Shown one piece after another: positions 11,704-23,771 of a DNA stretch of 64,000 bases (position 1 is its first letter; the number at the start of each line of letters is the position of its first letter). The notes under the pieces are model-generated. The model did not search any database and was not told the DNA's origin. It worked only from the letters and a program-made list of their open reading frames with translations. Source of the DNA: Eledone cirrhosa. Taxonomy: Eukaryota. A program made the position numbers and the translations under genes. Where the stretch lies: assembly GCA_964016885.1 (NCBI GenBank), contig OZ024741.1, positions 193,936,001-194,000,000 on the forward strand. Reading direction: 5' to 3'.

Positions 11704-12469
11704 ATGAATACGCCACATTTGCCAGCCATTACCGGAAACCCTAAGCTGTGGTTCGCCCAGCTACAGGCGTATTTTACGGTCTGTAAGACCGAGTCTGACC
11801 AGCACCTCGCTGTCTTGATTAGCGGACTTCCCCCTAATTTAGCAGATTCGGTCCAAGGCCTAGTTACAGACACCCCCCCCCCCCTCTGACTTAACGTATG
11901 ACTCTTTAAAAGGCGAGATATTGAGAAGGAACTGTAAATCGGTAGAGAGTCGTTTTCGGTCATTGATCGAGGACGAACGACTAGGTGACAGAACCCCTAC
12001 CGCTTTTCTCCGGCATTTGCGGGAATTGAGTGATTCCCAGGATCAGGATAGTCCTTTCCTGAAGCAATTGTTCTTCTCTCGCCTACCTCAAGCCCATATG
12101 CTAGAAGTAAATACCCTCGACCACATTGCTGTCTCTGCCGACAAAATAGTAGAAGTGACGAAGAGAGACACTTCGAACCAAAAGTACGTTGCTTCCTCTT
12201 CTCTTCCTCAATCACGCTCATCAGCGAGTGATGAGAAGTTAGTCAAAACAATGGAAGCCATGACTCGTCAAATGGCGGAGTTGTGCCAGGAACTCAGGTC
12301 TTTTGGACGGCAGAGGAGCCGCTCACTATCTTATTCAACTCCTCGCCACCGTAGCCCTTCCAAAACACCAAAACCACCATATTGTTATTACCATGACAAA
12401 TATGGTGACAAAGCCGCCCGTTGTAGGCCTCCTTGTGCTTACATGGGAAACGACGACCAGAGTCACTAA
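11704..12469 (+). pseudogene. gag: Gypsy gag (frameshifted at a poly-C run near 11880)
   Basis: NPKLWFAQL and LGDRTPTAFLRHLREL motifs, RS-rich linker, CYYHDKYGDKAARCRPPC zinc motif. Confidence 0.88.
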
Positions 12470-12508
12470 CGGCGGATAGTGCGCTCTGCGAAACATCATC
12501 CAACCGCC
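12445..12508 (+). promoter_or_regulatory. Programmed -1 ribosomal frameshift signal (slippery heptamer plus H-type pseudoknot)
   Basis: G GGA AAC in the gag frame, 6-nt spacer, stem cagagtcacta/tagtgcgctctg, loop ggcgg pairing with ccgcc at 12504-12508. The -1 frame is the protease frame. Confidence 0.85.
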
Positions 12509-15500
12509 ACTTTTTCATTGAGGACCTGCTATCAGGTAGAGCCTTTCTGGTTGACACAGGTGTAGCTTGTTCAATATGGCCTGTGTGTTGTATGAAGGAG
12601 ACTCCCCCTGAGTCACCTATCGAGTTGCAGGCAGTAAATTGTTCGCCGATTCGAACCTTCGGACAATCTCGCTACCTTTGCAGTTCCGTAATCTGCGGCG
12701 CGAGTTTAAATGGATATTTACTGTCGCTGCCTTGCCGTATCCGATTCTAGGCGCTGATTTTCTCCACCATTTTTCATTGACGGTGGACCTCCGTCGTAAG
12801 CGCTTAATTGATGGCATCACTGGTTTAACTGTTGTTGGCAAGGCAGCAGGAGTTCCAACGGTTAGCCCGACCTTTTTTCTTGCTAACACCGGCGATACCT
12901 ACCATGCGTTGTTGAACTCGTTCCCGCAACTGACTCAGGGAAATTTTCGAGTTGATGAGCCAACTCATACCACGGAGCACTTCATAACTACAACTGGTGC
13001 TCCCGTTTTTTCTCGTCCTCGTCGCTTGCCTCCGGACAAACTCAAAGCAGCACGATCAGAGTTTGATCATATGCTGCAGTTGGGGATTATTCGTCCGTCC
13101 ACGAGCCCGTGGGCGTCCCCATTACACATGGTACCGAAAGCGACTGGCGATTGGAGACCTACTGGAGATTATCGACGCTTAAATTCAATAACGGAACTGG
13201 ACCGTTATCCTATCCCTCATCTGCAAGACTTTGCGTCTTCGTTGCAGGGATGCAAGATATTCTCCAAACTGGATTTAATTCGTGCGTACCATCAAATTCC
13301 TGTCCATAAAAATGACATTCCAAAAACGGCTATAGTTACGCCATTTGGGTCATTTGAGTTTTTGACCATGCCGTTCGGATTAAGGAATGCCGCTAGTACG
13401 TTTCAGCGGTTTATGGATGAGGTTACTCGCGGCCTCGATTTCGTCTATACCTATATTGGTGACCTGCTCATTGTTAGTTCTTCTCAAGAACAACATACGT
13501 ACCATTTGAATCTTCTTTTCCGCCGATTGAAGGCGTATAACGTGCAGATTAATGCACCCAAATGTGTTTTTGGTGCTGAGTCACTGACTTTCTTGGGTCA
13601 CGTCATCGATGCTGACGGTATTCGACCCCGGCCTGAGCGAGTTAAGGTCATAGAGGATTTGCCTCCACCGACCTCACTACGTCAGTTACGCCAGTTCTTA
13701 GGTTTGATTAACTTTTATAGGCGTTTCGTGCCAAATTGTGCAAGATTGCTTTTCTCCCTGACAGAAATTTAAAAAAATTGTCGGAAGAAGAATGCAGACA
13801 TTTCTTTGACCGAGACTCAACTTGCTGATTTTCAGCACGCCAAAACTGCTTTGGCTAATGCCTCTTTTCTGGCTCACTCGGTACCCGGTGCAAAGCTAAC
13901 GCTTTGTGTTGATGCATCGGATATCGCTGTGGGCGCAGTGCTACAGCAAAACATCAATGGTTACCAGCAACCGCTGGAGTTTTTTTTCCAGGAAAATGAA
14001 ACCTGCTGAGACGCGCTACAGCACCTTTGGAAGGGAGCTGTTGGCCATCTATTTAGCCCTGAAACATTTTTCACATATGCTAGAGGGTAGACTATTTACT
14101 ATCCTCACTGACCATAAACCATTGACTTTTGCGTTGAGAGCGAAGGCTGATAAATACTCGCCCAGAGAGACGAGACACCTTGATTTCATCTCGCAATATA
14201 CGAATGATATCCAACACATTCCGGGTTCACTGAATACAGCGGCCGATGCTTTGTCCCGCTTACCTGTGACAGCGATTTCATCACCCTCTGACATAGATCT
14301 GACTCGTTTGGCTGCGGATCAGCCTCTCCTTGAGTCATTGGATGTTACATCGCCTGAGTTTGCGAATTGCAAGATGAAATACTTGCCTCTGTCGACTGCA
14401 GTTGGCCAAATTCTCTGCGACGTCTCTTTGGACGTGCCTAGGCCCTTCGTTCCAGAGAATCATCGTCGGACCGTGTTTCTGGCATTATATAGTTTCTCGC
14501 ATCCAGGATCTTCTGCCACAGTTAAACTCATATCAGCTAGATTTTTCTGGCCAAATATGAGGCGTGAAATTGCTGCTTGGTGCCGTTCCTGCGTCGCTTG
14601 CCAGAAATCAAAGGTCCATCGACACGTCAAGGCTCCCTTGGGTACCTTTACTAACCCAGATGCGCGTTTTTCGCACATTCATATTGATATAGTGGGACCT
14701 TGGCCTGTCAGCGACGGTTACTCTTATCTGCTGACCATAATTGACCGTTTTTCGAGATGGCCTTAAGCCATCCCCTTGAAAAACATCACCGCTGAGATAA
14801 CAGCGCGTGCTCTTGTGTCTGGATGGATCTCTCGTTATGGAGTTCCATCCACAGTAACTACCGACCGTGGACGACAGTTCGAGTCGAGCCTTTTCCTCGA
14901 ACTGTCAAAATTAATTGGTGCTAAACGCATCAGAACTACGGCGTACCATCGTGCTTCGAATGGTATGGTGGAGCGTTTTCACCGACAACTGAAGGCCTCC
15001 TTAATGGCCTCAATGGACTCGGCGCATTGGAGCGAGTACCTCCCTGTTGTGCTATTAGGGATTCGGTCAACGGTGAAGGTCGACTTTGGATTTTCACCGG
15101 CCGAAGTACTGTACGGTGCCCCTCTGACGTTGCCCGGGCAAATGCTTGCCCCTATCGATCTTGATGCCTAAGATCACGCTTCCTACGTGTCCCGTTTGCG
15201 CTCCTATTTCCAGGATTTGCCGCCAATGGACACTAGGAAACAAACTGTCAAGACTTCTGTCCCGAGGGATGTTGCCTCGTGGACGCATGTCTTTGTAAGG
15301 AAAGATTCTGTGAAGCCCCCGCTCACACAGCCTTACACTGGACCTTACCGTGTCTTAGCGCGCTCGGCTAAGCATTTCACTTTAGACATTAAAGGGTCCA
15401 GGGAGACAGTTACAATAGACAGGCTTAAGCAGGCACACCTGGACACGGACGCTGTGGTTCCTGATCCACGAACCCCTTCGTATTTGCCTGTTGAGCAAAC

Positions 15501-15627
15501 GCCTGTTCCTGAACCACCATCATCGCCTGTCCCTACACCACCACCATCGCCACGTTACAAGACCACGACCCGTTCAGGTCGTAGGGTCCACTGGCCCAAA
15601 CAATTTTGCAGCACCGTCTATATTTAG
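12445..15627 (+). pseudogene. pol: Gypsy pol (protease, RT, RNase H, integrase) with frameshifts and stops
   Basis: [25 protein letters not shown] (YIDD mutated), VDAS, LTDHKPL, integrase zinc-binding region, [20 protein letters not shown] and YTGPY. Stops at 14764 and 15169. Confidence 0.95.
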
Positions 15628-15848
15628 ACTGTGTTAGCTGCACCTTTTTCTTGCTTTTGTGTTTCTGCTTTTTCTTTGCCTTTTTTTTATGCATGCATAT
15701 TGTTTTTTTTAACATTTTTCAAATCCTTATTCTGGATTCAACGATTGGTAGAGCGAATAGCTCCCCCTTGTTGCATTGTTCACCATCTTACCCCACGTGT
15801 GAGTAATAACATCGATTTTCGATGATTTGAAAATCTGGCAGGGGGAAC

Positions 15849-16302
15849 TGTAGTAAGACGCCTTACGCCCCCTAGCGGATAATGGACCAGGCCTAGTTGT
15901 CTCCCCCTGGATGAGAACCCCTTCCTAGGTAAGCAGCAGACAGCTACGGGAAAGCAGACAGCAAACACCAGACGGCCTCTGTACCACGAAACGATAAACA
16001 GCCACGGGAACACCAAACACCACAATACCTTTGTAATTGTAATACGTTCCCTTCACCACAACTGGATCACGTAAATATTGGTATGTTGGTTCATTTGTAA
16101 TATAATAAACACATGATAAACAAAATAAACATCACCATTATTTACATTGTTGAATATAACTCTCGTTGTGGTTATTGTCTTGTTTACACACACACCCACT
16201 CACTTGTTATAATTCCCACTTACGAAAATGGTAAATAGACGAGGGACTTTCCCTCACGTCTATATTGATAAACAATCCAACTAGGATACTTCATTTACCA
16301 CA
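15849..16302 (+). repeat. 3' LTR (454 bp)
   Basis: Starts TGTAGT directly after the polypurine tract and ends ACCACA. Confidence 0.93.
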
Positions 16303-16423
16303 GTGTCATACAGCGTCTCCCCTACCCTATATGAGTGGCAGACACCACAAGAACAATTAGGTGTCATACAGCGCCTCTCCTACCCTATTTGAGCGGTAAA
16401 CATCATAAGAACAATTAGGTGCT
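16303..16423. repeat. Continuation of the 58-bp minisatellite (about 2 diverged copies)
   Basis: Same unit as 10143-10674, starting directly after the 3' LTR. Confidence 0.9.
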
Positions 16424-16572
16424 AATTAAATTGAGTGTAGGATTTGTTTAATTGAAATGTGATTATTTTGAAATTGTTGTTCTTACTTTGAAGAGATAAG
16501 TGCTCACTTTGAAAATGCTATTCCCATTTTCATGTATTGTATGCTTATTTTAAAATCGCTATTTTTAGTTTG

Positions 16573-16898
16573 GCATGCCTGACAAAACATCTGGTCTGCA
16601 GCTATATTCAGTAATGATGATGGACTAAGTAATGAGCTTGAAAGATTCCTCATGTCAAGTGAGAAAAAATTATGTCAAACCTTGTTACAAGCGTATGAAG
16701 TATTAACCAAAATAACGCGCCATGTGTATTTGTATATTTATATATGTCCATCTGTACCTCTTTTTTAAATTTACACACACAAGCAGATACGCACAATCAC
16801 ACAATACATTTCCTATCTCAGTCATGTTGTTACGCCAAAGTTAAAAAGTTACGGAGAGTTCTAGAAATAAATAATCAAAATAACATTTTTATCTTTGA
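16573..16898. repeat. Right arm of long inverted repeat (partner 7598-7949)
   Basis: Reverse-complement match. Confidence 0.9.
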
Positions 16899-16904
16899 GT
16901 AATA

Positions 16905-17127
16905 GTCTCAATTTTCAAAAAGGGAGACAAGAGAGATTGTTCTAATTACAGAAGGATCTCCTTGTTAAGCCTCCCCAGTAAAGCCTATGCTAAGTGTCTG
17001 GTAAAGAGATGCAGGAAGATTGTCGAGTCCAACTTAACTGATAAACAGTGTGGTTTTCGCCCCGGACGCAGCACAGCCGACCAAATATTCACAGTGCGGC
17101 AGGTATTCCAGAAATAGTGGGAGTATT
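16905..17127 (+). mobile_element. RTE-type LINE RT fragment
   Basis: Decayed PIFK-GDKRDCSNYR-ISLLS and QCGFRPGRSTADQIF motifs. Confidence 0.8.
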
Positions 17128-17261
17128 GTTTTGTTTTGTTTGGAATAAGAATCCATTTAAAATAATTTAATAGAACATTCTTTAAATCAATGAAATTTTA
17201 TTTTTTCTAATTTTATAGAAGTTTAACCAGTTGTTTTATACTAAATATATGACAATATTCT

Positions 17262-18760
17262 TGTAACGGAATTCTCCTATGTTTTACCTGGCGAAGATTC
17301 GAAACCGAATCTAAAAGTTCTCGCCTCTAAAACCACCTATTATTAGGAATTCTCACCATTGTCCTGTCAAAAGACAACTATGATAAACATACAGTATATA
17401 CTACTTGACCTGTGACCCCAGACACTTTACAGATGAAATACACATCCTTCTAGCTATGGTATTATTATAAATTGGCAGTATCGGTAGAGAGTCGGACGCC
17501 ATGCTTTCCAGCATAGTTACGTCCCTTTACGATCTGAGTTCAAATCCCGCCGAGGTTGACTTTGCCTTTCATCCTTACGGGGTTGATAAAATAAAGTACC
17601 AGTAATGCACTGGGTAATTGCTGGCCTTGTGCCTAAAGTAGAAACAATTATTATAAATACAATCGCTTGGAGAACCGAACCAGAGCGTACGAAGCAGCAG
17701 TCCTAGAGAGAATAACGATGTAACACATTCACTTTCTACAGGCCCATTGGGGTCTACAGACCTTTTACTCTCTCTCTCTCTCCTGACATGCTCTCACCTT
17801 CTCGGCCACAGACTACACCAGTAGAGATAGTGATAACACAGGAGAGAAGAAAGTTCTGCTAACACTATGAATATCTCTTCACGAATACAGTCTTCTAGTT
17901 ACTATGCTCTCACATTTTTCATACCAGCTCAACAGAGTGACCACTACTACAGGAACAACGTATACTAATATACTAAGGATAAACACACACACATACATAG
18001 TAGGTTTCCTTATATTGTTCCCTACAACACTATCTATTCTTTCGCCTTCCTGTCATTTCCCTACTACTGTAAAACACAACACTTTTACTATATCATTTTA
18101 TTTGACACATGCATTTACGCTAGCTCGAAGTAGCTACTAGGAAATTAATGTAGTGATAATTGCTGTAACGATTTTATTGCTCGATATTCGATGCACCAAC
18201 AAGTGAATTTTGTTATTGTAAAATAAACATTGTCAACATCACAATTCTGGCATCATTCTTTTTATCATTCATCCTGCAAAGAATACAGCTATTTGCTACA
18301 TAATGGTGACCCCCATCACTATATTCTTGTTAAAGTAAATTCTCATAATTAAGGTTCACTCTGGAAAATCAGATTCGAAATCAGAAGCATTTATTACAAA
18401 TTAAATAACCGTCATCATAATATTACAAATAAAAATAAAAGGAAAAAAAAACACACAAGCAGGTAATACACACAGTTGGGACCACATACAACAAAAAGCA
18501 GGCGAGAGGAGTGGACAGACGAACCGCTGGCAGATCAAAAGACAACAGTATCGCAAGGAGCACTGGGAAACCTCTCTAATCATTTGTTTAGACAAGCCAG
18601 AACGCTCGCAGCGTTACCTCGGGTGATGGCGAGGCTGATGCGCTGGAACAACCAAACGCCTTCACGGTAAACGCCCTCGGTAAAGCGAGCCGCCAGTGAA
18701 AACAAGAACCTTGCAGTCAGCGGCCCAATTCCCCCAAACGTCCCGAACGCCACAGGCTGG
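17262..18760 (+). mobile_element. Remnant of a second LTR retrotransposon: 5' LTR (about 17262-18300, SINE inserted about 17468-17655), PBS and leader
   Basis: TGTAAC...GCTACA termini, AATAAA near the end, then taaTGGTGACCCC (tRNA-Trp PBS) at 18304. The LTR start is uncertain. Confidence 0.6.
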
Positions 18761-19082
18761 AAAAAGTAGTTATGTACTACATACGCTTAAGTGATTACTT
18801 ACAACTTTATTCAACGGCAATGAAATATTTTTTACGAAAAAAGAAAATATATATATACATATTAATAGTCATAATAGTAGAAGGAGTAAAAGTGGTGGTA
18901 ACATCACAATGTAGCCCCTTCCCCTCACACCCACATCGTCTGCGAGGAGTTAAACAAAATAACCAACCAATGGATAGAGTAATTATAGCTTCACCCAATT
19001 TGATGGTGGAAGTTGCATGGATGAAATGGGGAGAAAAACATGTAATATGGGCCAAAAAAACTCTGATATTCTCTGGTAGCAT

Positions 19083-19246
19083 CAGGGTCTATGAGAGTGG
19101 AGGGTTCCACCCGGTACTTTGTTCCGGGGCACAAGAGCTAAGAAGGCCCCATAGCAACCATGTAACATCCCTTTTGAGAAAAACCTGTCTGCTTCAGGCC
19201 CCAAAGGGTCTTGTACCGCCTTGCAAAATTTCTCTTGGAGGCCCTG
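19083..19246. mobile_element. Small hAT-type MITE
   Basis: Imperfect TIRs cagggtctatgagag / ctcttggaggccctg and perfect 8-bp TSD ggtagcat. Confidence 0.85.
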
Positions 19247-19796
19247 GGTAGCATCACTGCTTCTCTGGGCATAGCGGGCGAGAGGTGGTGTGAGCAAGTT
19301 TGTGAAAAGTCAACAGATGATGAAAGGAATCTATCACAGTGCCAGATATATGTAAAGTAACATTGATTTCTAAATTAGGCATACGGCCAGCAAATTTGAA
19401 GGAAGGGAAACGTTGGTCAATTCAACCTAGTACTCGACTGGTATTTTATTTTATCGATCCTGGAAGGATGAAAAACAAAGTTAACCTGGTTGGGAAGGAT
19501 ATTTCGTTAAATGAGGCAAATAATTATTTTAAAGTTTTAAATATATACACAAATAACATTACAAATTGCTCACAATTCTTTTAGAATGAAAATATAAACA
19601 CAAATAGAAACATATATAACAAATACGATTAACTATTACTAAGAACCTTACAATTACAACACACCAAGGTATATCGCCAGAGCAACAGAAAGTAAAAGGT
19701 GGGTAGCAAAAAACAAAAACGACCATCAAGTCAGCACATCGCAAGGGTCAATGGAATATTTGGCGGCAAGCCAATACGCTTGCAGCATTACCACGA

Positions 19797-20190
19797 CTAG
19801 CAGAAAAACCATCCCTCGGGCAGTTTTCTGCTAGCATGTGTCGTGTGTATATTGATATTATACGCAAGTATATATGCATGTAGATATGATACATCAAATA
19901 AAATCGTAATTGACAATATACACAGAAATTGAACGAAGTCTGTTTGTCTTATGTAATCAGTAAAGTAATCCATGATACATTAAAAAACGACGATATTATA
20001 TATAAACTGCATTAGGAGAAAATTAGCGACGGAAATATTTGCGATATTTTTACAAGTGTTATAATATAACGGCCGCTAACCAGAAGTGTTGACATTTGAA
20101 AATTTTAAAGAAGTGAATCTTTAAATAAGCTATAAAATATATTTAATCAACAGCCACGAAATTTAGCACATAAATTATGTAATATTCATT
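19797..20190 (-). mobile_element. Non-autonomous Helitron-like fragment
   Basis: CTAG-bounded hairpin ctagcagaaaa..ttttctgctag like that at 28142-28178. Internal match to 38860-38920. Confidence 0.5.
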
Positions 20191-20191
20191 C

Positions 20192-20790
20192 ATTATTTAT
20201 TCAAAGTAAGAGCGGTGGATTGGCAGTATCAGTAGGGCGGTGGATTGGCAGTATCAGTAGAGGGTCGGACGCCATGCTTTGACGCATAGAGTTACGGCCC
20301 TTGCCATTCTGAGTTCAAATCCCGCCGAGGTTAACTTTGCCTTTCATCCTTATGGGGTCGATAAAATAAAGTACCAGTAATACACTGGGTAATTGCTGGC
20401 CTTGTGCCAAAAGTAGAAACAATTATTTATTCAAAGTAAGAGCGGTGGATTGGCAGTATCAGTAGGGCGGTGGATTGGCAGTATCAGTAGAGGGTCGGAC
20501 GCCATGCTTTCCAGCATAGTTATGTCCCTTTACGATCTGAGTTCAAATCCCGCCGAGGTTGACTTTGCCTTTCATCCTTACGGGGTCGATAAAATAAAGT
20601 ACCAGTAATGCACTGGGGTAATTGCTGGCCTTGTGCCTAAAGTAGAAACAATTATTTATTCAAAGTAATCCCGCCGAGGTTAACTTTGCCTTTCATCCTT
20701 ACGGGGTCGATAAAATAAAGTACCAGTACTGTACTAGGTAATTGCTGGCCTTGTGCCAAAAAGTAGAAACAATTATTTATTCAAAGTAAT
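20192..20790 (+). mobile_element. Tandem array of three Nin-core SINE copies
   Basis: Two full copies and one 5'-truncated copy, each bounded by attatttattcaaagtaa. Confidence 0.88.
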
Positions 20791-21959
20791 CCAACTTATT
20801 TTACAAACGGGGTAAAAAAAATATATTCTGGACGCAGTCCCGCACTCCTTTCTTTATTATAGTTAAGATTATACAAAAATTTTAAATAGTTTTAAAACAA
20901 CTAAAAGTAAATTTTGTTTTGAACACCCAAACAAAGAAATAAAAAAATTTAAGAATTAGATTTAAAGGTTAAGAAAAACAACTAACAAAATAAATGCAAA
21001 CAAAATGTGTATAGTAACATAGTAGCTTACTATTTGACTTCTCAATACTAAAATAAGGTAAATGAGGCATGACCATTTTGCCTTTCTATTTAAAACAGTA
21101 AATTTTGATTTGCATGGGAGGTAAGTGTGTTTTAATATTACAGGAGTTATCTATACTGATAGCGTTTGCAGATACAGGGACAAATTATTTTATGCATTAC
21201 ATGACAAGTTTTTGTCTGGTTATGTGGGTGTCTATGTATATTTGTATGTACGTGTATGTATCTATGTGCGCGTGTGTGTTGTGTGATTTACATGACTAAA
21301 ATTTCTAAAATCTCTATTACGATGTTAATGTGTAAAAGTGCGACGAAACTTTTGACACTTCATACTAGACAGTACTATTGAGAAATAAACGGGCAGATTA
21401 CGTGTCGTAGTAGATGTTGTTGAGGGCTTCGGTGTCCAAGGTTACCAAATTGCTACCCTCTTCGACCAAATTGGTATAAGGACGTTGCGTCGGAAGAAGG
21501 AGCTCTGTTGGGTGGAATGGCTGGTGCAGCGGATATCGTTTTTGTGGCAACGCCTTTGCCACAATGTCCACAGGGTAGCTAAGCTATGCTGTCTAATTGA
21601 GGGTGTGAATTTTACATGTTGTTTTTCTTACTTTTATTTTCATTGTATATATTTGAAAAATAAAAATAAATCCGCTATTTTCCGTGAATGAATAAGTAAA
21701 CAAGATCCAACAGACATTATTTGAGAGACATTTAACTACAATTTCTAGTTGTCCGATAAAATAAAGTACCAGTCACGCACTGGAATCGATTTAATCGACT
21801 TTCCCCCTAACCGCAAAATTGCTGGCCTTGTGCCTATATCAGAAACCATTTTTTTTTTTTTTTCGATATATATATATTAAAAAATCAGTACAAGCGTTCA
21901 AAGCAAGACTTTTAATTGGTTCGTTTCAATAACGGAATCAATTCCCCATTTTGCCCTCA

Positions 21960-22006
21960 CCCCGTTGCTATGACATTACACCAGACGCGTGTTGATTAAT
22001 AACAAG
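21960..22006 (+). promoter_or_regulatory. Candidate DNAAF1 promoter / non-coding first exon
   Basis: X-box-like GTTGCTATGACA at 21964, then a strong donor AAG|GTAAGA at 22006/22007. The ATG exon at 29812 begins at an acceptor and so needs an upstream exon. Confidence 0.4.
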
Positions 22007-22619
22007 GTAAGAAAACATAATTTTATCGCTCATCTCATCTCACCTTACATCTAATAACACATCTAATCTCATTTCTTTTAACGTTTCTCACACTTTCATC
22101 TCCCTTCACCTAAATATGTATTGTTTTGTTTATATTTTATATTCATGGCATTCCCGGGTTCAAATGTCGTCTGGGTCGATTTTGTTTTATGTAAATCATT
22201 CCTGAAAATAGATATCGATTTAATATCTACCAGTAATATAATGTGGTTGTAGGGTCAATTCACTACACTCCACCCCCACCCACCCCCCTACTAAATTTGT
22301 AATCGTGCGTCAACGGGAGAAACATACATACGCGGATACAAACAAACAGACCTACATACACACCACACATCATATACTATGTGATACGTATGTACATCAT
22401 CATATATAACAGAGGCCTATATGGAGGCATGTGCAATATGTTGATGTATAATAAACATACATAAGTCTCGCTGTGGGGATTTTAAGCTATGATCATATCA
22501 CAGTTAACACAGAAACTGCGTGAGAACTCCAAATACTAGCGTGTCAGAACATTTATCTATCTTCAGGGATATCTCTTTGAGGTGAATAGCTCCAATACAA
22601 TTAAGTAATGACTTGGTCT

Positions 22620-23748
22620 GTGATGTACCTCCCTAAGGAAACTAGGTGTACAGGGGTGCAGTCAGTAAAGTGAGAGTAGGAATGGAGTTTAGTGAGGAAT
22701 TCCAGGTACAAGTAGGAGTACATCAAGGTTCGGTCCTCAGCCCACTCTTGTCCATTATAGTCCTCCAAGCCATAACAGGAGTTTAAGACTGGCCGCCCAT
22801 GGGAACTTCTTTATGCTGACAATCTGGTACTTATAGCAGAATCAGTAGAGGAGCTAGAGAATAAATTCTGGCTATGGAAACAGTAGTTGGAATCAAGAGG
22901 ACTGAGAGTGAACCTAGCTAAGATAAAAGTGTTGATAAGTAGAAAAGAGGACAAAATTCTAATTCCATCTGGAAAATGGCCATGTTCGATATGTAGAAGA
23001 GAAGCTGGCATAAATTCTATAAAATGTACACAATGCAGATCTTGGGTACACAAGAGATGTAGTGGGATAGCAGGCAAACTAACAGGTAGAGAAAACTACA
23101 TATGCAGTAGATGTACAGGGAAATTTGACAGTAGAAGTCACAGAACACATTTTTCAAATGCAGGTAGGATCTATAGAAGTGGTTGATAGCTTCCGGTACC
23201 TAGGTGATAAGATTAGCAAGGGAGGGAGATGCTCTGAGGCCATAGTATCTAGAATAAGGACGAGTTGGAAGAAGTTTAGGGAGCTGCTTCTTCTGTTGAC
23301 AAAGAAGGGTTTTTCCTGCGAACGAAAAGCCCGTTATATGATGCCTATGTGAGATGAGCGATGCTGCATGGTAGTGAAACATGGGCAGCAACTGTGGAGG
23401 ATATGCGACAGCTGGAGAGAAATGAAACAAGCATTCTCCATTGGATGTGCAATTTCAATGTGTGTGAACAACCAAGCATAGATGAGTTGAGAGAGAAACT
23501 GTGTTTTAGAGAGATATATTGTAGTGTGCGGGAGAGAAGACTGCGATGGTATGAACATGTGATGTGCATGGAGGAAGACCGCTTGGTAAAGAAGTGTCAA
23601 GAAATCCCAGTAGAAGGAAGACGCAGTTGAGGAAGACCACGAAAAACATGGGCGGAGGTGGTGAGAGCTGATCTCAGATCGCTGAAGCTCACGCTTTTCC
23701 CACCCTTGCAAGCAGGAAAAAGCGGGCGTAAAATGATGATGATGATGA
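22620..23748 (+). mobile_element. RTE-clade LINE 3' portion, decayed
   Basis: GVHQGSVLSP, LLYAD, Cys-rich insert, FRYLG, HGSETW and RLRWY motifs, with an (ATG)n tail. Confidence 0.9.
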
Positions 23749-23771
23749 TATATATATATATATATACACAT

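Larger units (their letters stand above)
10675..16302 (+). mobile_element. Ty3/Gypsy LTR retrotransposon, near full length
   Basis: 5' LTR remnant 10675-11049, PBS, gag, PR-RT-RH-IN order, PPT ggcagggggaac, and 3' LTR 15849-16302 (TGT...ACA). Confidence 0.97.
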
